The position numbers were made by a program, and so were the translations under genes. From the sequence record NC_019526.1: a stretch of 64,000 nt of DNA; one strand, given 5' to 3'. Under the pieces are notes generated by a model that was not told the DNA's origin, did not search any database, and saw only the letters and a program-made list of their open reading frames with translations. Of this stretch, positions 30,399-46,256 are shown piece after piece (position 1 is the first letter of the stretch; each line of letters opens with the position of its first letter).

Positions 30399-30423
30399 AA
30401 AGCCTCCTTTTCTGGAGGCTTTT
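30399..30423 (+). terminator. Terminator after the dsbA-like gene
   Basis: AAAGCCTCC-TTTTCT-GGAGGCTTT plus T tract. Confidence 0.75.
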
Positions 30424-30460
30424 TCTATCTGTTAAGTGCAATTAAAAATAAGGAAATTTA

Positions 30461-33400
30461 ATGTATATTGATGCATATATGGAACGAAAACGTAGTGGTG
30501 ATGTGTTGCACGTAGTAGAACGAAAAAATGGAAAGCGTATTCTACGAGAATTACAACCACTATATGAGTATTATGTAGAAAATGTTAATGGTAATCACAA
30601 AACCATTTATGGTACTAAAGCAGAAAAACTGGAATTCGATACTGCATCTGAACTAAAACGAAGTATAGAAAAAAATGTATCAAATGGAATCAGAACATTT
30701 GAAGGTAAATTCAATGTTGTATTCAAAACACTTGCTCAATATTATATGGGTACTGAATCACCAGATTTAAACATTGTATTCTTCGATATTGAAACTGATT
30801 TTCATAAGAAATTTGGTTATGCATCTCCATCTAATCCCTTTAATCGTGTAACAGCCATTTCATTATATCAGTCATGGACAGGTAAAGATTATGTACTTAC
30901 CCTTGCTCCAGAAGATATGACAACAACAGAAGCACAGGATATTGTCAATAAACTAAATGCGGAAACTAATGATCCAAATTCAAGTGTAATTCTTTATACT
31001 GATGAAAAGGAAATGTTCATGGATTTCTTTAGTCTAATTGATGATAGTGATGTATTATCTGGATGGAATAGTGAATTTTTTGATATTCCTTACATGATTA
31101 ACAGAACCAAAATTATCTTCAATGAAGCCATGACTGCTCGTTGGTGTTTATGGAATAAAAAACCAATTGCACGTGAAGCGGATAACTTTGGTAAATTGGT
31201 ACAGACATATGATTTGGTTGGTCGAGTTCATCTTGATTATCTTGCTCTTTATAAGAAACACGCTGCTCAGGTAGAGCAATCGTATAAACTTGATTATATC
31301 GCAGAAAAAATCACAAAAGAAAATAAAGTACAGTACGAAGGATCTCTGGATAAATTATATAGAGAAGATTATATGACTTTCCTTCGATATTCTAAACAGG
31401 ATAGTATTCTTCTCAAAAAAATCGATTCTATTCTTGACTATATTAGTCTGCATAACCGACTTGCACATAAAGAATGTGTTCTCATCAAAACTACTATGGG
31501 TTCAGTAGCACTGATTGACACTTCAATTATCAATCTAGCACACAAACGTGGTGAAGTGGTATTTGATAAAAAAGAAGAGGTTGAAATTGATCCAGAACTT
31601 GAGTACTATGATGGATACGATGATGATGAAGACAATAATGATTCAAAACTCAGTGCAAAAGCAGCAGGTGCATGGGTACAAGACCCAATATTAGGATTAG
31701 TTGAATACTTAGGTTGTACTGACTTTAACTCACTTTACCCAACTGTACTTCGAACTCTAGGAATGAGTACTGAATGTATTCTTGGGCAAATTAGACAAGA
31801 TTATACAGAAAAATACTTAGAAGAACGTATATCTGAACAAAAAGCAAAGTCTAAATCAAAATCATTTGAACCGGAGTGGACAGCAGCATGGCATGGTTTA
31901 TTCGCCGCTGTGGAGTTTACGATGGTACATGAAAGAAGTGAAAAACTACTGACTATTGATTTAGAAGATGGCAGTTCTTTTCAGGCAACTGGTTCACAGT
32001 TATATGATATTATATTCAGTCCAGAAAGTACTATTGTACTTAGTGCAAATGGAACACTATTTGATAAATCAAAATATGGTGTTATTCCAGATATCCTAAC
32101 GCAATGGTATTCTGAGCGTAAAGCCCAGCAAAAAATGGTAATTGATTATAAACATATGGCTTCAGATGGTTGGGAAATCCCATCACCTGATATTGTTCAA
32201 AATATGTTTTCACAATTCAGTACTAAATCATACTATAAAACAAACCTTCATGAAGAAGACCCAGTATATCTTCTACGTAAAGCTATAGGTGATAATAATC
32301 TTGAAGAAATTGCTCGTCTTATTGTAGAAAATAATTTAGTACTAAAAGATGGACGTATTTTTTGTTCAGATGAGGATAAAAAATATTTCAAACAACAAAG
32401 TGCTTTCTGGAAACAAAACCAACAAATTCGTAAAATTCTTCTAAACAGTCTTTATGGTGCACTATTGAACAAAGGAAGTACTTTCTTTGATAAACGACTT
32501 GGACAATCAGTAACATTAACTGGCCGCTCAATGACAAAACACATGGCAAGTCGCATTAATGAAATTACTACTGGGGTTTATAATCACACTGGTGGTAGTG
32601 TTATATATGGTGATACCGATTCTGTGTACTTCAGCGTTGTTCATTATTTAAAAGAACAAAACATTCCATGTGATCTAAGTAAAGAAGAGATTGTGGATAT
32701 GTATATAAAAATTGGCGATGAAGTGGGTGAATCTTTTCCTGAATTTATGGACAAAATGTTCAATACTGGAATTGAAAAAGGTAAAATTGTAGGTGCTGAT
32801 CTGGAAATGGTTGGCTCCCGAGGGCTGTTCCTTAAAAAGAAACGTTATGCTATACTGAAATATTGGGAAGATGGGTTCCGTAAAGATGTTGATGGTAAAC
32901 CTGGTGAAATCAAAGCAATGGGGCTTGAGATTAAGCGTTCAGATACACCAAAATACATCCAGAACTTCCTTGAAGAGACTTTAATGGCATTACTGGTAGG
33001 GGAGTCCGAGAGTGAATTAAAACAGCGTGTACGCGATTTTAAGGCGGTATTTAAGGACAAACCAGCACACGAAAAGGGTTCACCTAGAACAGTGAAAAAT
33101 TATTCAAACCTTGAAGCTGATTTTAAAAATACTGGTAAATGTCATGTAGGTCACGTCCTCGCTGGTATTCAATGGAATATGTTACGCAATGCATATGATG
33201 ATAAAACTGTGCCAGAAGTTACTGATGGTACTAAAGTGATTGTATGTGATTTGAAACCAAATCCACTTGGAATTACTAAAATTGGTTATCCAATTGATTG
33301 TGCTGAGTACTTACCTGAGTGGTTCCTTGAATTACCGTTCGATACAGATAAAATGGAAGAAATTATCTTAACTAAAAAACTGGATAATATCTTTGGTATT

Positions 33401-33463
33401 CTTGATATGGATATTGGTATTCATGAAAAAAGTACTGCACAGGATTTTGGATTTTTCTCGTAA
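30461..33463 (+). CDS. gp43: Family B DNA polymerase
   Basis: Exo motifs FDIET and GWNSEFFDIPY; polymerase motifs DFNSLYP, KILLNSLYG, YGDTDS, KKRY. Confidence 0.97.
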   Translation: MYIDAYMERKRSGDVLHVVERKNGKRILRELQPLYEYYVENVNGNHKTIYGTKAEKLEFDTASELKRSIEKNVSNGIRTFEGKFNVVFKTLAQYYMGTESPDLNIVFFDIETDFHKKFGYASPSNPFNRVTAISLYQSWTGKDYVLTLAPEDMTTTEAQDIVNKLNAETNDPNSSVILYTDEKEMFMDFFSLIDDSDVLSGWNSEFFDIPYMINRTKIIFNEAMTARWCLWNKKPIAREADNFGKLVQTYDLVGRVHLDYLALYKKHAAQVEQSYKLDYIAEKITKENKVQYEGSLDKLYREDYMTFLRYSKQDSILLKKIDSILDYISLHNRLAHKECVLIKTTMGSVALIDTSIINLAHKRGEVVFDKKEEVEIDPELEYYDGYDDDEDNNDSKLSAKAAGAWVQDPILGLVEYLGCTDFNSLYPTVLRTLGMSTECILGQIRQDYTEKYLEERISEQKAKSKSKSFEPEWTAAWHGLFAAVEFTMVHERSEKLLTIDLEDGSSFQATGSQLYDIIFSPESTIVLSANGTLFDKSKYGVIPDILTQWYSERKAQQKMVIDYKHMASDGWEIPSPDIVQNMFSQFSTKSYYKTNLHEEDPVYLLRKAIGDNNLEEIARLIVENNLVLKDGRIFCSDEDKKYFKQQSAFWKQNQQIRKILLNSLYGALLNKGSTFFDKRLGQSVTLTGRSMTKHMASRINEITTGVYNHTGGSVIYGDTDSVYFSVVHYLKEQNIPCDLSKEEIVDMYIKIGDEVGESFPEFMDKMFNTGIEKGKIVGADLEMVGSRGLFLKKKRYAILKYWEDGFRKDVDGKPGEIKAMGLEIKRSDTPKYIQNFLEETLMALLVGESESELKQRVRDFKAVFKDKPAHEKGSPRTVKNYSNLEADFKNTGKCHVGHVLAGIQWNMLRNAYDDKTVPEVTDGTKVIVCDLKPNPLGITKIGYPIDCAEYLPEWFLELPFDTDKMEEIILTKKLDNIFGILDMDIGIHEKSTAQDFGFFS

Positions 33464-33475
33464 TGATGGTGATAT

Positions 33476-33839
33476 ATGTTTGAAGATGAAATTCAAAGGA
33501 ATAATGAATTGTATGAAGAGTATAAAAAAATGAAATCTGAAACAAAACAAAAGAACATTAACATAAGAATTACAGAATGTCTAATGAGTAATACTATCGA
33601 TTCAATACTGGCATATGATGCAATAGATGAGGACATTCTAACCAAGAATGGTTTCGTTAGAACAGGAACTATTTCTTTGTATAATGAGATTGTTGGTGTT
33701 TATAGAAACCCAGTAAATAAAAAAAACTTTTACTATAGAAATTGGTGATGATGTAGAACATCCATCAAATTTCATTGAAAAGGTTAACAATGAAATAATT
33801 AAAAAATCAGATAAACACTATCTGTACAACTGGAAATAA
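33476..33839 (+). CDS. Hypothetical protein, apparently frameshifted at an A8 run (33719-33726)
   Basis: Frame 0 stops at 33748; the +1 frame opens at the A-run and continues TFTIEIGDDVEHPSN...YNWK* to 33839. Confidence 0.5.
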
Positions 33840-33952
33840 TTATTTTTTTTATTAAAAAATCTGAACAACACAAGCATTTGTGATAAAATGCTTGTGTTGG
33901 AAAAGCAAAGAAACAACGATTAAATTTATAAAATAACAAAGAGGAATTAAAT

Positions 33953-34696
33953 ATGGATCTACGCAGTGTACTACGCGATCTGATGAACACTACTTCTAGT
34001 ATGAATTTTGATAAAATTTCCATTACTAAAGAAGATCGTGGCGATGGTGAAAAAATTTATATGGAAAGTAAAGCAGATCAAAATGCTATTGTAATGCGTG
34101 CGTATGTAAAAGAGTCCGTACCTGAACTGGTTGAACTAAGTGGTCGTTTTGGTCTAGGTCAACTAGGTTTACTACAAGGTCTTCTGAATCTTAATACATT
34201 TAAGACTGAAGACACAAAAATTGTACCAATTATCAAAGATGGTGCTGTTAAAAGTCTAACCTTTACATCACCAGAAGCAACAACCAATTTTGTTGTTATT
34301 TCTGATAAACTAACACCACAGGCTGTTAAAGTTGCTGAGCGTGGTTATGAAATTCAAGTAACACCAAGTGCTTCTAAAATTCAGGAACTCAAAAGCTTTA
34401 GTTCTCTGTTCAAATCAATGAGTACTAAAATTACTCCTTACACCGAAAATGGGACTCTATATTTCTCTTGTGGTGAGAAAAATAAAAATACTTCAGGTGG
34501 TGTACTTGCATTCTGTCTGTGTGATGTTGAATACCCAATGCTACAAGGCTATGAAATTGATTCAGTACTATCAGCTACTGCTCGTGTAGCAAACGCAGAA
34601 AGTACTGAAATGTTTATTACAAATAAAGGTCTAATGAAAATTAAAGTTGATACTGGGATTGCAGTATACGAATTTTTCATGCAAGGTTCAGTATAA
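33953..34696 (+). CDS. Putative sliding clamp (gp45-like)
   Basis: 247 aa, two-domain alpha/beta pattern ending GLMKIKVDTGIAVYEFF, downstream of the polymerase; inferred from size, pattern and position. Confidence 0.55.
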   Translation: MDLRSVLRDLMNTTSSMNFDKISITKEDRGDGEKIYMESKADQNAIVMRAYVKESVPELVELSGRFGLGQLGLLQGLLNLNTFKTEDTKIVPIIKDGAVKSLTFTSPEATTNFVVISDKLTPQAVKVAERGYEIQVTPSASKIQELKSFSSLFKSMSTKITPYTENGTLYFSCGEKNKNTSGGVLAFCLCDVEYPMLQGYEIDSVLSATARVANAESTEMFITNKGLMKIKVDTGIAVYEFFMQGSV

Positions 34697-34755
34697 GTAA
34701 TAACTAAAATGGGGAAAATGAATTTCCCCATTATAATAAAGGAGAAAATATAAAA

Positions 34756-34962
34756 ATGCCAATTTATACTTATCGTTGTAGTACCGAAAATTGTACTAAT
34801 GTAGAAGATAAAATTGTTAAATATTCAGAACGTGAAAATCCAAAAGACTGTAAAGTGTGTGGTTCTGAAAAATCAATGCATTTTGAAAATTTCACACCGG
34901 GTGACAAAGGTGCAGCTTTTAACTACAAAGGAAATTGGTTGAATACCACAGGGAGATATTAA
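34756..34962 (+). CDS. FmdB-like zinc-ribbon protein
   Basis: MPIYTYRC...C...CKVCGS...FNYKGNW. Confidence 0.82.
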   Translation: MPIYTYRCSTENCTNVEDKIVKYSERENPKDCKVCGSEKSMHFENFTPGDKGAAFNYKGNWLNTTGRY

Positions 34963-34963
34963 T

Positions 34964-35263
34964 ATGAAATTAAAAATGATTAATGATTATGTACTGGTAA
35001 AACTTATTAAAGCAGAGGATACTAGTGCTGGTGGTATTATTCTAAGCAATGTTGAACCTCCTTGCGTCGGTCTTGTATTGTCAGTAGGTAAGGGTAAAGT
35101 TCTACCTAATGGAGAAATTGCTGAACATGATATTAAAGAAGGTGATATGGTTATTTTTGGTAAATCATCCCTTAATATACCAATTGAAGAAGATCTTGGT
35201 GGTGGAAAGGATACTTATCATGTAATGAAAATTGAAGAAGTGTTTGGTAAGAAATATGCATAA
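34964..35263 (+). CDS. groES: Co-chaperonin GroES-like
   Basis: DYVLVKLIKAEDTSAGGIILS mobile loop, GLVLSVGKG, IKEGDMVIF. Confidence 0.92.
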   Translation: MKLKMINDYVLVKLIKAEDTSAGGIILSNVEPPCVGLVLSVGKGKVLPNGEIAEHDIKEGDMVIFGKSSLNIPIEEDLGGGKDTYHVMKIEEVFGKKYA

Positions 35264-35963
35264 GAAAAAACGTCTCTTTCCATTTTGGTTAATTCCAGCC
35301 CATTGGGGATTAACTGGAAAAGCAAAAGAACTCGCTAAAATCAATTATTATTATTCAGGAAAAGATGCTGATCTTATGAGTGCAGAACATATGTACTTAA
35401 CTCCATATGAAATTGATAAAGCCAAAATGGAAATCAACAAAAAATATGATGATATTAGTGAACTACTATATCGTATCGGTGTTGTTGATCTGGATTTAAA
35501 ATACAATCGAATTTCTAAACTGGAGCATAGTAATTTAGTACTGGACATTCGATATGAATTAAAAGAACTGGATGAAAAAGAGTACGAAGCTCAAAAAATC
35601 GAATTACTTCCTGATGGTGTGGAAAAGAAATTAGCTGCAATTGAATATTCATATAAGTATCATGAGATTACTGAAAATGAATATCATAAAGAAATCGCAA
35701 CTATTAACAAAGAACCATGGGGTCAATTATATTCATCATATAATCCAGAAGAAGGTTCAATTGAATTTTCTTTTGATTATAATGAATATTTTTGGAAAAA
35801 ACTAAAAGCTGATGGTCATCCGGGTAATGACGAAGATGAGATTATCGATAATTATATCAGATATTGTTGTCGAAACATTGCACAGGATGATAATGAAGTT
35901 TCTGAAAGTGATGATGTGGTAATTCCAGACATTCTTCCCGAAGGATTTAAATCTTACAAATAA
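35256..35963 (+). CDS. Conserved hypothetical protein
   Basis: Start at MHKKKRLFPFW overlaps the groES stop; 235 aa. Confidence 0.75.
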   Translation: MHKKKRLFPFWLIPAHWGLTGKAKELAKINYYYSGKDADLMSAEHMYLTPYEIDKAKMEINKKYDDISELLYRIGVVDLDLKYNRISKLEHSNLVLDIRYELKELDEKEYEAQKIELLPDGVEKKLAAIEYSYKYHEITENEYHKEIATINKEPWGQLYSSYNPEEGSIEFSFDYNEYFWKKLKADGHPGNDEDEIIDNYIRYCCRNIAQDDNEVSESDDVVIPDILPEGFKSYK

Positions 35964-35964
35964 T

Positions 35965-35999
35965 AAAAAAGGAGAATCAGTTTGATTCTCCTTTTTTTT
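35965..35999. terminator. Bidirectional terminator
   Basis: AAAAAAGGAGAATC-AGTTT-GATTCTCCTTTTTTTT between convergent genes. Confidence 0.88.
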
Positions 36000-36010
36000 T
36001 ATATTAAAAA

Positions 36011-36706
36011 TTAGCTTACCAGAGCAGGGATCCATTTATACATCTTAATGGCGAAATCACCAGCAGCATCAGCAGCGGTACTTAGTAGTGGAACTACGGT
36101 AACGCCATCTTTAGCCAGCATTGGAACACCAGTGAGATCATCAATCAACAGACGACCTACTTCTTTTTCAGTACTTGGAACACCTTGGAAAGAACGAATG
36201 TTTTTATCAAATACATCAGCACGTTCGATCATAAAGGTAACAACAGTAGCAGCAGCGATTGAAGCAGTACCTACAGAAAGAACACCATTTGGTGCATTGG
36301 TAAAATCTTCAATAGCAACACCAGTAGGATTGCCAGCGATTTCAGAAGTACTCAGAATAACTGCACGTTGTTGGACAATATCAACAATACGTTGTAGATT
36401 CAGTTGAGCAGCATAGGCAGCATTGTAATCAGCTTCAAGAGTTGCAACAACGAATGGAGTACCGTCAACGCGGATAATACCTTTTTCGTTAAGATAAGCA
36501 ACGATTACTTCTGGTAGTTCAGTGTTTAGAAAACGTTGAACACCGACAAATGAACTAATTGCACCAGTAACCATAAAATCAACATTACCTAGTTTACTTA
36601 CAGCGATTGATGCAAGGGCATTCTTACCATAGAAGTAGCCAAGTACTTTATCATAAGAAAAGCCATTAATACGTTCAAATTCGGTATTAGTAGTATTAGT
36701 AGCCAT
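36011..36706 (-). CDS. Probable virion structural protein (paralog A)
   Basis: Ala/Val/Thr-rich, capsid-like codon bias, QQRAVILSTS...TFMIERADVF shared with 36722. Confidence 0.75.
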   Translation of the reverse strand: MATNTTNTEFERINGFSYDKVLGYFYGKNALASIAVSKLGNVDFMVTGAISSFVGVQRFLNTELPEVIVAYLNEKGIIRVDGTPFVVATLEADYNAAYAAQLNLQRIVDIVQQRAVILSTSEIAGNPTGVAIEDFTNAPNGVLSVGTASIAAATVVTFMIERADVFDKNIRSFQGVPSTEKEVGRLLIDDLTGVPMLAKDGVTVVPLLSTAADAAGDFAIKMYKWIPALVS

Positions 36707-36721
36707 AGTTAATTCCCCTTA

Positions 36722-37330
36722 TTATAGTTGTACTGGTAGAGCAGCACGTACTTTAACAGCAGCAGCAGTTGCAGCAGCGGCATTACCGCTTGCACCAGTG
36801 CCACTTAGAGCATCGACAACGGCATCTTTAGTACGGAAAATACCAGCCTGTACCAGTGCTTTAGCTAGATCTTCTGCTGGGTTAACAGGGACGTCATAAG
36901 CAGCACCAGGACGTTTATCTTGTTTGTTGAATACGTCTTGGCGTTCGATGATCCAAGTGATAGCAACAGAACCAGCACCACCAGCAACATCAACACCACT
37001 GGTTGCAAATGCAACTACATTAGCAGAAGCGGTTTTGAAATTGGAAGGGATAACAACATCAGTATCAAATGCAATCACGGAAGTAGTAACCAGTACTGCA
37101 CGTTGACGTAGCAGTGAAGTAATTACGAACTGATTGTATTGAGCATTGGTTAGTGCAGTTTGAAGTGCCTGATCTTGTTCTTCAGAACCATCAGAAGTTA
37201 CTTTGGTATGACCAACTTCAACATCAGTTGGTAGATCAATTACTACGGTTACGAAACCGTTATTACCACCCCACCATTCGCGGCTATCAGCACTCATACC
37301 ATAGTTGCGGTTAAAAGAGTTAAGACTCAT
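36722..37330 (-). CDS. Probable virion structural protein (paralog B)
   Basis: RQRAVLVTTS...TWIIERQDVF; driven by a capsid-identical late promoter. Confidence 0.75.
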   Translation of the reverse strand: MSLNSFNRNYGMSADSREWWGGNNGFVTVVIDLPTDVEVGHTKVTSDGSEEQDQALQTALTNAQYNQFVITSLLRQRAVLVTTSVIAFDTDVVIPSNFKTASANVVAFATSGVDVAGGAGSVAITWIIERQDVFNKQDKRPGAAYDVPVNPAEDLAKALVQAGIFRTKDAVVDALSGTGASGNAAAATAAAVKVRAALPVQL

Positions 37331-37375
37331 AAAAAAATCTCCTTAGTCAATTTTGTTGTAAGTTTTCACCTTACT

Positions 37376-37390
37376 TAAAGTTATTTATCA
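37376..37390 (-). promoter_or_regulatory. Late promoter identical to the capsid-gene promoter
   Basis: Reverse complement reads TGATAAATAACTTTA. Confidence 0.75.
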
Positions 37391-37529
37391 AAATAAATCA
37401 GACCCCATTAAAATATAATAAAAAAGTCCAATTTTAACATAATAATATTTATCTTTTAAATATTTGAACGAATTAAAATCTAAATGATATAATATTATTG
37501 CTTATTATGAAATGAAACGGAGTTCATAA

Positions 37530-39001
<1,472 letters not shown>

Positions 39002-39036
39002 TTCAGGAGAAATGATAAGGATATCATTTTATTTTT

Positions 39037-42373
<3,337 letters not shown>

Positions 42374-42398
42374 ATATCTAAATAAAATACTAAAATAA

Positions 42399-43691
<1,293 letters not shown>

Positions 43692-43901
43692 ATAAAATCT
43701 GAACAAAAACTTGTAAGTTGATATAATGAATATTGTAAGGAGATGTACCTACAAATATAAAAAAGCAGTTAAATAATTTTGAACAAAAACACAAAAATGT
43801 TCTATAATTATTTGGTAGGAAGGAAGAATGAATTTTCTTCTGATATTAGTGACAAAGAAAATATAAACAAAGATGCAATTAAACATAAAGGACTATAATC
43901 T

Positions 43902-44987
43902 ATGAAAACTCTAGCAGAAATTCGTGCAGAACTAAAAGCTCAAGCTGAAAAACAAGAAGCTCAAAAGAATGGTACATTTGTTGGTGAACGTAAACCAGAT
44001 TCTTTCTTGGCTTTTTGGAATGTTGGTTTAAATGAAACTCTAAACCTTCGTTTTCTACCTGATGCAGATGAATCAAATCCATATTTCTGGCGTGAACGTG
44101 ATATGATTAATCTTACCTTTAATGGTATTAAAGGTGTTAAACAAGAACGTGTAACTGTTCAAGTGCCATGTAATGAAATGTGGGTACCAAAAAGCTGCCC
44201 AGTATTGACTGAAGTTCGCAAATGGTTTGATGAAGCAAATAAAACCGAAAACGAGGAACTGAAAAAACTAGCATCCTCTTACTGGAAAAAGAAAACCTAT
44301 CTGATGCAATGTTTTATTGCTCCAGACAGTGCACCAGTTAAAGATGATATTGCTCCAGAAAACCCAATTCGTCGAATTCTAGCTAATAAAGATATCTTCG
44401 AAAAAGTAAAATCCATTCTACTTAATCCTGGTATCAAAGAAATGCCAACTCACTTCGAATATGGTCGTGATTTTGGTATTACTAAAACTAAAAATGGTGG
44501 TGGGTATAACAATTATGATAGTTCACAATTTTCTATGTCTGAACGTCCACTGAGTGCAGAAGAACGTGCAGCAATTGAAAAATATGGTCTGTATAATCTA
44601 AATGATTTTATGCCAAAACAACCAAATGCAGAAGAACTAAAAGCAATCAAAGAAATGTTCGAAGCATCAGTGAATGGTGAAGCTTATGATCCAGATCGTT
44701 GGGCTTTTGCTTACCGTCCAGCAGGTGTTCAAAAACCACAAACTACATCTCCTGCTGATGTGATTGCTAGTGCAAATATTCAAACTCCATCTGTAAGTAC
44801 TGAACCAACAACCCCTGTTGTAGAGAGTACCAGTACTGCTGCATCAGACCTGCTAAATCGCCTGAAAACTAACAGTACTGCACCAGTACAGGAACCAGTA
44901 GTTGCATCAGCACCAGTTCCTGAAACTACCAAAAGTACTGCTTCAGCAGCAGATCTAATTGCCCGTCTGAAACAACAACAAAAATAA
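43902..44987 (+). CDS. gp32: Single-stranded DNA-binding protein
   Basis: LRFLPD...PYFW, CPV, YWKKKTY, GRDFGITK..GGYNNYDSSQF. Confidence 0.92.
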   Translation: MKTLAEIRAELKAQAEKQEAQKNGTFVGERKPDSFLAFWNVGLNETLNLRFLPDADESNPYFWRERDMINLTFNGIKGVKQERVTVQVPCNEMWVPKSCPVLTEVRKWFDEANKTENEELKKLASSYWKKKTYLMQCFIAPDSAPVKDDIAPENPIRRILANKDIFEKVKSILLNPGIKEMPTHFEYGRDFGITKTKNGGGYNNYDSSQFSMSERPLSAEERAAIEKYGLYNLNDFMPKQPNAEELKAIKEMFEASVNGEAYDPDRWAFAYRPAGVQKPQTTSPADVIASANIQTPSVSTEPTTPVVESTSTAASDLLNRLKTNSTAPVQEPVVASAPVPETTKSTASAADLIARLKQQQK

Positions 44988-45017
44988 TAAGTTTTTGGTA
45001 CAATATAGAGTATATAA

Positions 45018-45044
45018 TAAAGGAGCTATGGATTAGCTCCTTTT
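45018..45044 (+). terminator. Terminator-like hairpin after gp32
   Basis: AAAAGGAGCTA-TGGAT-TAGCTCCTTTT. Confidence 0.75.
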
Positions 45045-45060
45045 CATTTCAAATGGAGAA

Positions 45061-46179
45061 TTGAATATGAAACTGACAAGTGGTTTTGCTAATATTTTAA
45101 AAAATAGTACTGCATCAGTTAAAAAGAATACTGGTGTTAGCGTTGGATTCCATGATCCTGATACATGGATCAGTACTGGTAATTATGCACTTAATTATCG
45201 TATTAGTGGTTACTTTGATCGTGGTATTCCACTAGGAAAAGTTGTAATGTTTGCAGGTGAATCTGGTGCAGGTAAATCATTCCTAGCTTCTGGTAATATA
45301 GCTCGTGAAGCACAAAAACAAGGTATTTTTGTAGTACTAATCGATTCAGAGAACGCTCTTGATTCTGATTGGTTAGAATCTTTAGGAGTAGATACTTCAG
45401 AAGATAAACTTCTAAAAGTTAACATGGGCATGGTAAACGACGTAGCCAAATTCACATATGAATTTATTGATGGATATCGTAAAGAATATCAAGATATCCC
45501 TCGTGAAGAACGCCAGAAAGTATTATTCATTGTGGATAGTATTGGTTTTCTATCTGTTCCTGCTGCTGTTGAACAATTCAAATCAGGGGATATGAAGGGG
45601 GACATGGGGATAAAGGCGAAGCAGCTAAAAGCTTATATTACTCAATGTGTGAACTCTTTTGGTGATCTGAATATTGGTATGGTTTGTGTGAATCATTCAT
45701 ATTCCTCACAAGACATGTTTAACCCAGATCCTGTTGTAGCCGGTGGTGCCGGACTTGTATATGCTTCTTCTATGGTAATTGCAATGGCTAAGTTGAAGTT
45801 AAAAGAAGATGAAGATGGAAATAAAACTTCAGAAGTTAATGGAATTCGTGCTAAATGTAAAGTTATGAAGACTCGCTATAATAAACCTTTTGAGGATGTA
45901 GAAATTAAGATTCCGTGGAATACTGGCATGGATCCAAGAAGTGGTTTACTTGATATGTTTGAGAAGTATAATTTGATTACAAAAACTGGTAATAGACTTC
46001 AATACACTGATATAGATACTGGTGAAGTAATTATTAAATTTCGTAAAGCATGGTCTAATAATGAAGACAACTGTTTAGATTTAGTAATGAATCAGTTTAA
46101 ACGCAATCCATTAGTCGCACCAATCACCGAAGAAGAAAAAGGCGATGAGAACTTTGGTGTTGAACCAGATGTAGAATAA
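45061..46179 (+). CDS. uvsX: RecA-like recombinase
   Basis: WISTGNYALN, AGESGAGKS, IDSENAL, VDSIG, GGAGLVYASS; start may be ATG at 45067. Confidence 0.96.
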   Translation: MNMKLTSGFANILKNSTASVKKNTGVSVGFHDPDTWISTGNYALNYRISGYFDRGIPLGKVVMFAGESGAGKSFLASGNIAREAQKQGIFVVLIDSENALDSDWLESLGVDTSEDKLLKVNMGMVNDVAKFTYEFIDGYRKEYQDIPREERQKVLFIVDSIGFLSVPAAVEQFKSGDMKGDMGIKAKQLKAYITQCVNSFGDLNIGMVCVNHSYSSQDMFNPDPVVAGGAGLVYASSMVIAMAKLKLKEDEDGNKTSEVNGIRAKCKVMKTRYNKPFEDVEIKIPWNTGMDPRSGLLDMFEKYNLITKTGNRLQYTDIDTGEVIIKFRKAWSNNEDNCLDLVMNQFKRNPLVAPITEEEKGDENFGVEPDVE

Positions 46180-46191
46180 ATGTTTAAAATT

Positions 46192-46236
46192 ATGGTTGAT
46201 TTAGGTCAACCATTTTGTTATACTTTCAGTATAACA
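46192..46236 (+). promoter_or_regulatory. Sigma70-like promoter with -35 and -10 each embedded in a palindrome
   Basis: TTGATT(46196)-N17-TATACT(46219); ATGGTTGA/TCAACCAT and TGTTATACT/AGTATAACA. Confidence 0.55.
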
Positions 46237-46256
46237 TTTTAATTGAGAATTTACAG

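Noticed and set aside
30461-33463. Intron or intein in the DNA polymerase
   Set aside because: Continuous frame, all motifs in order, no splicing motifs.
33719-33727. Classical -1 frameshift at A AAA AAC
   Set aside because: The -1 frame stops after three codons; only the +1 frame gives a sensible extension.
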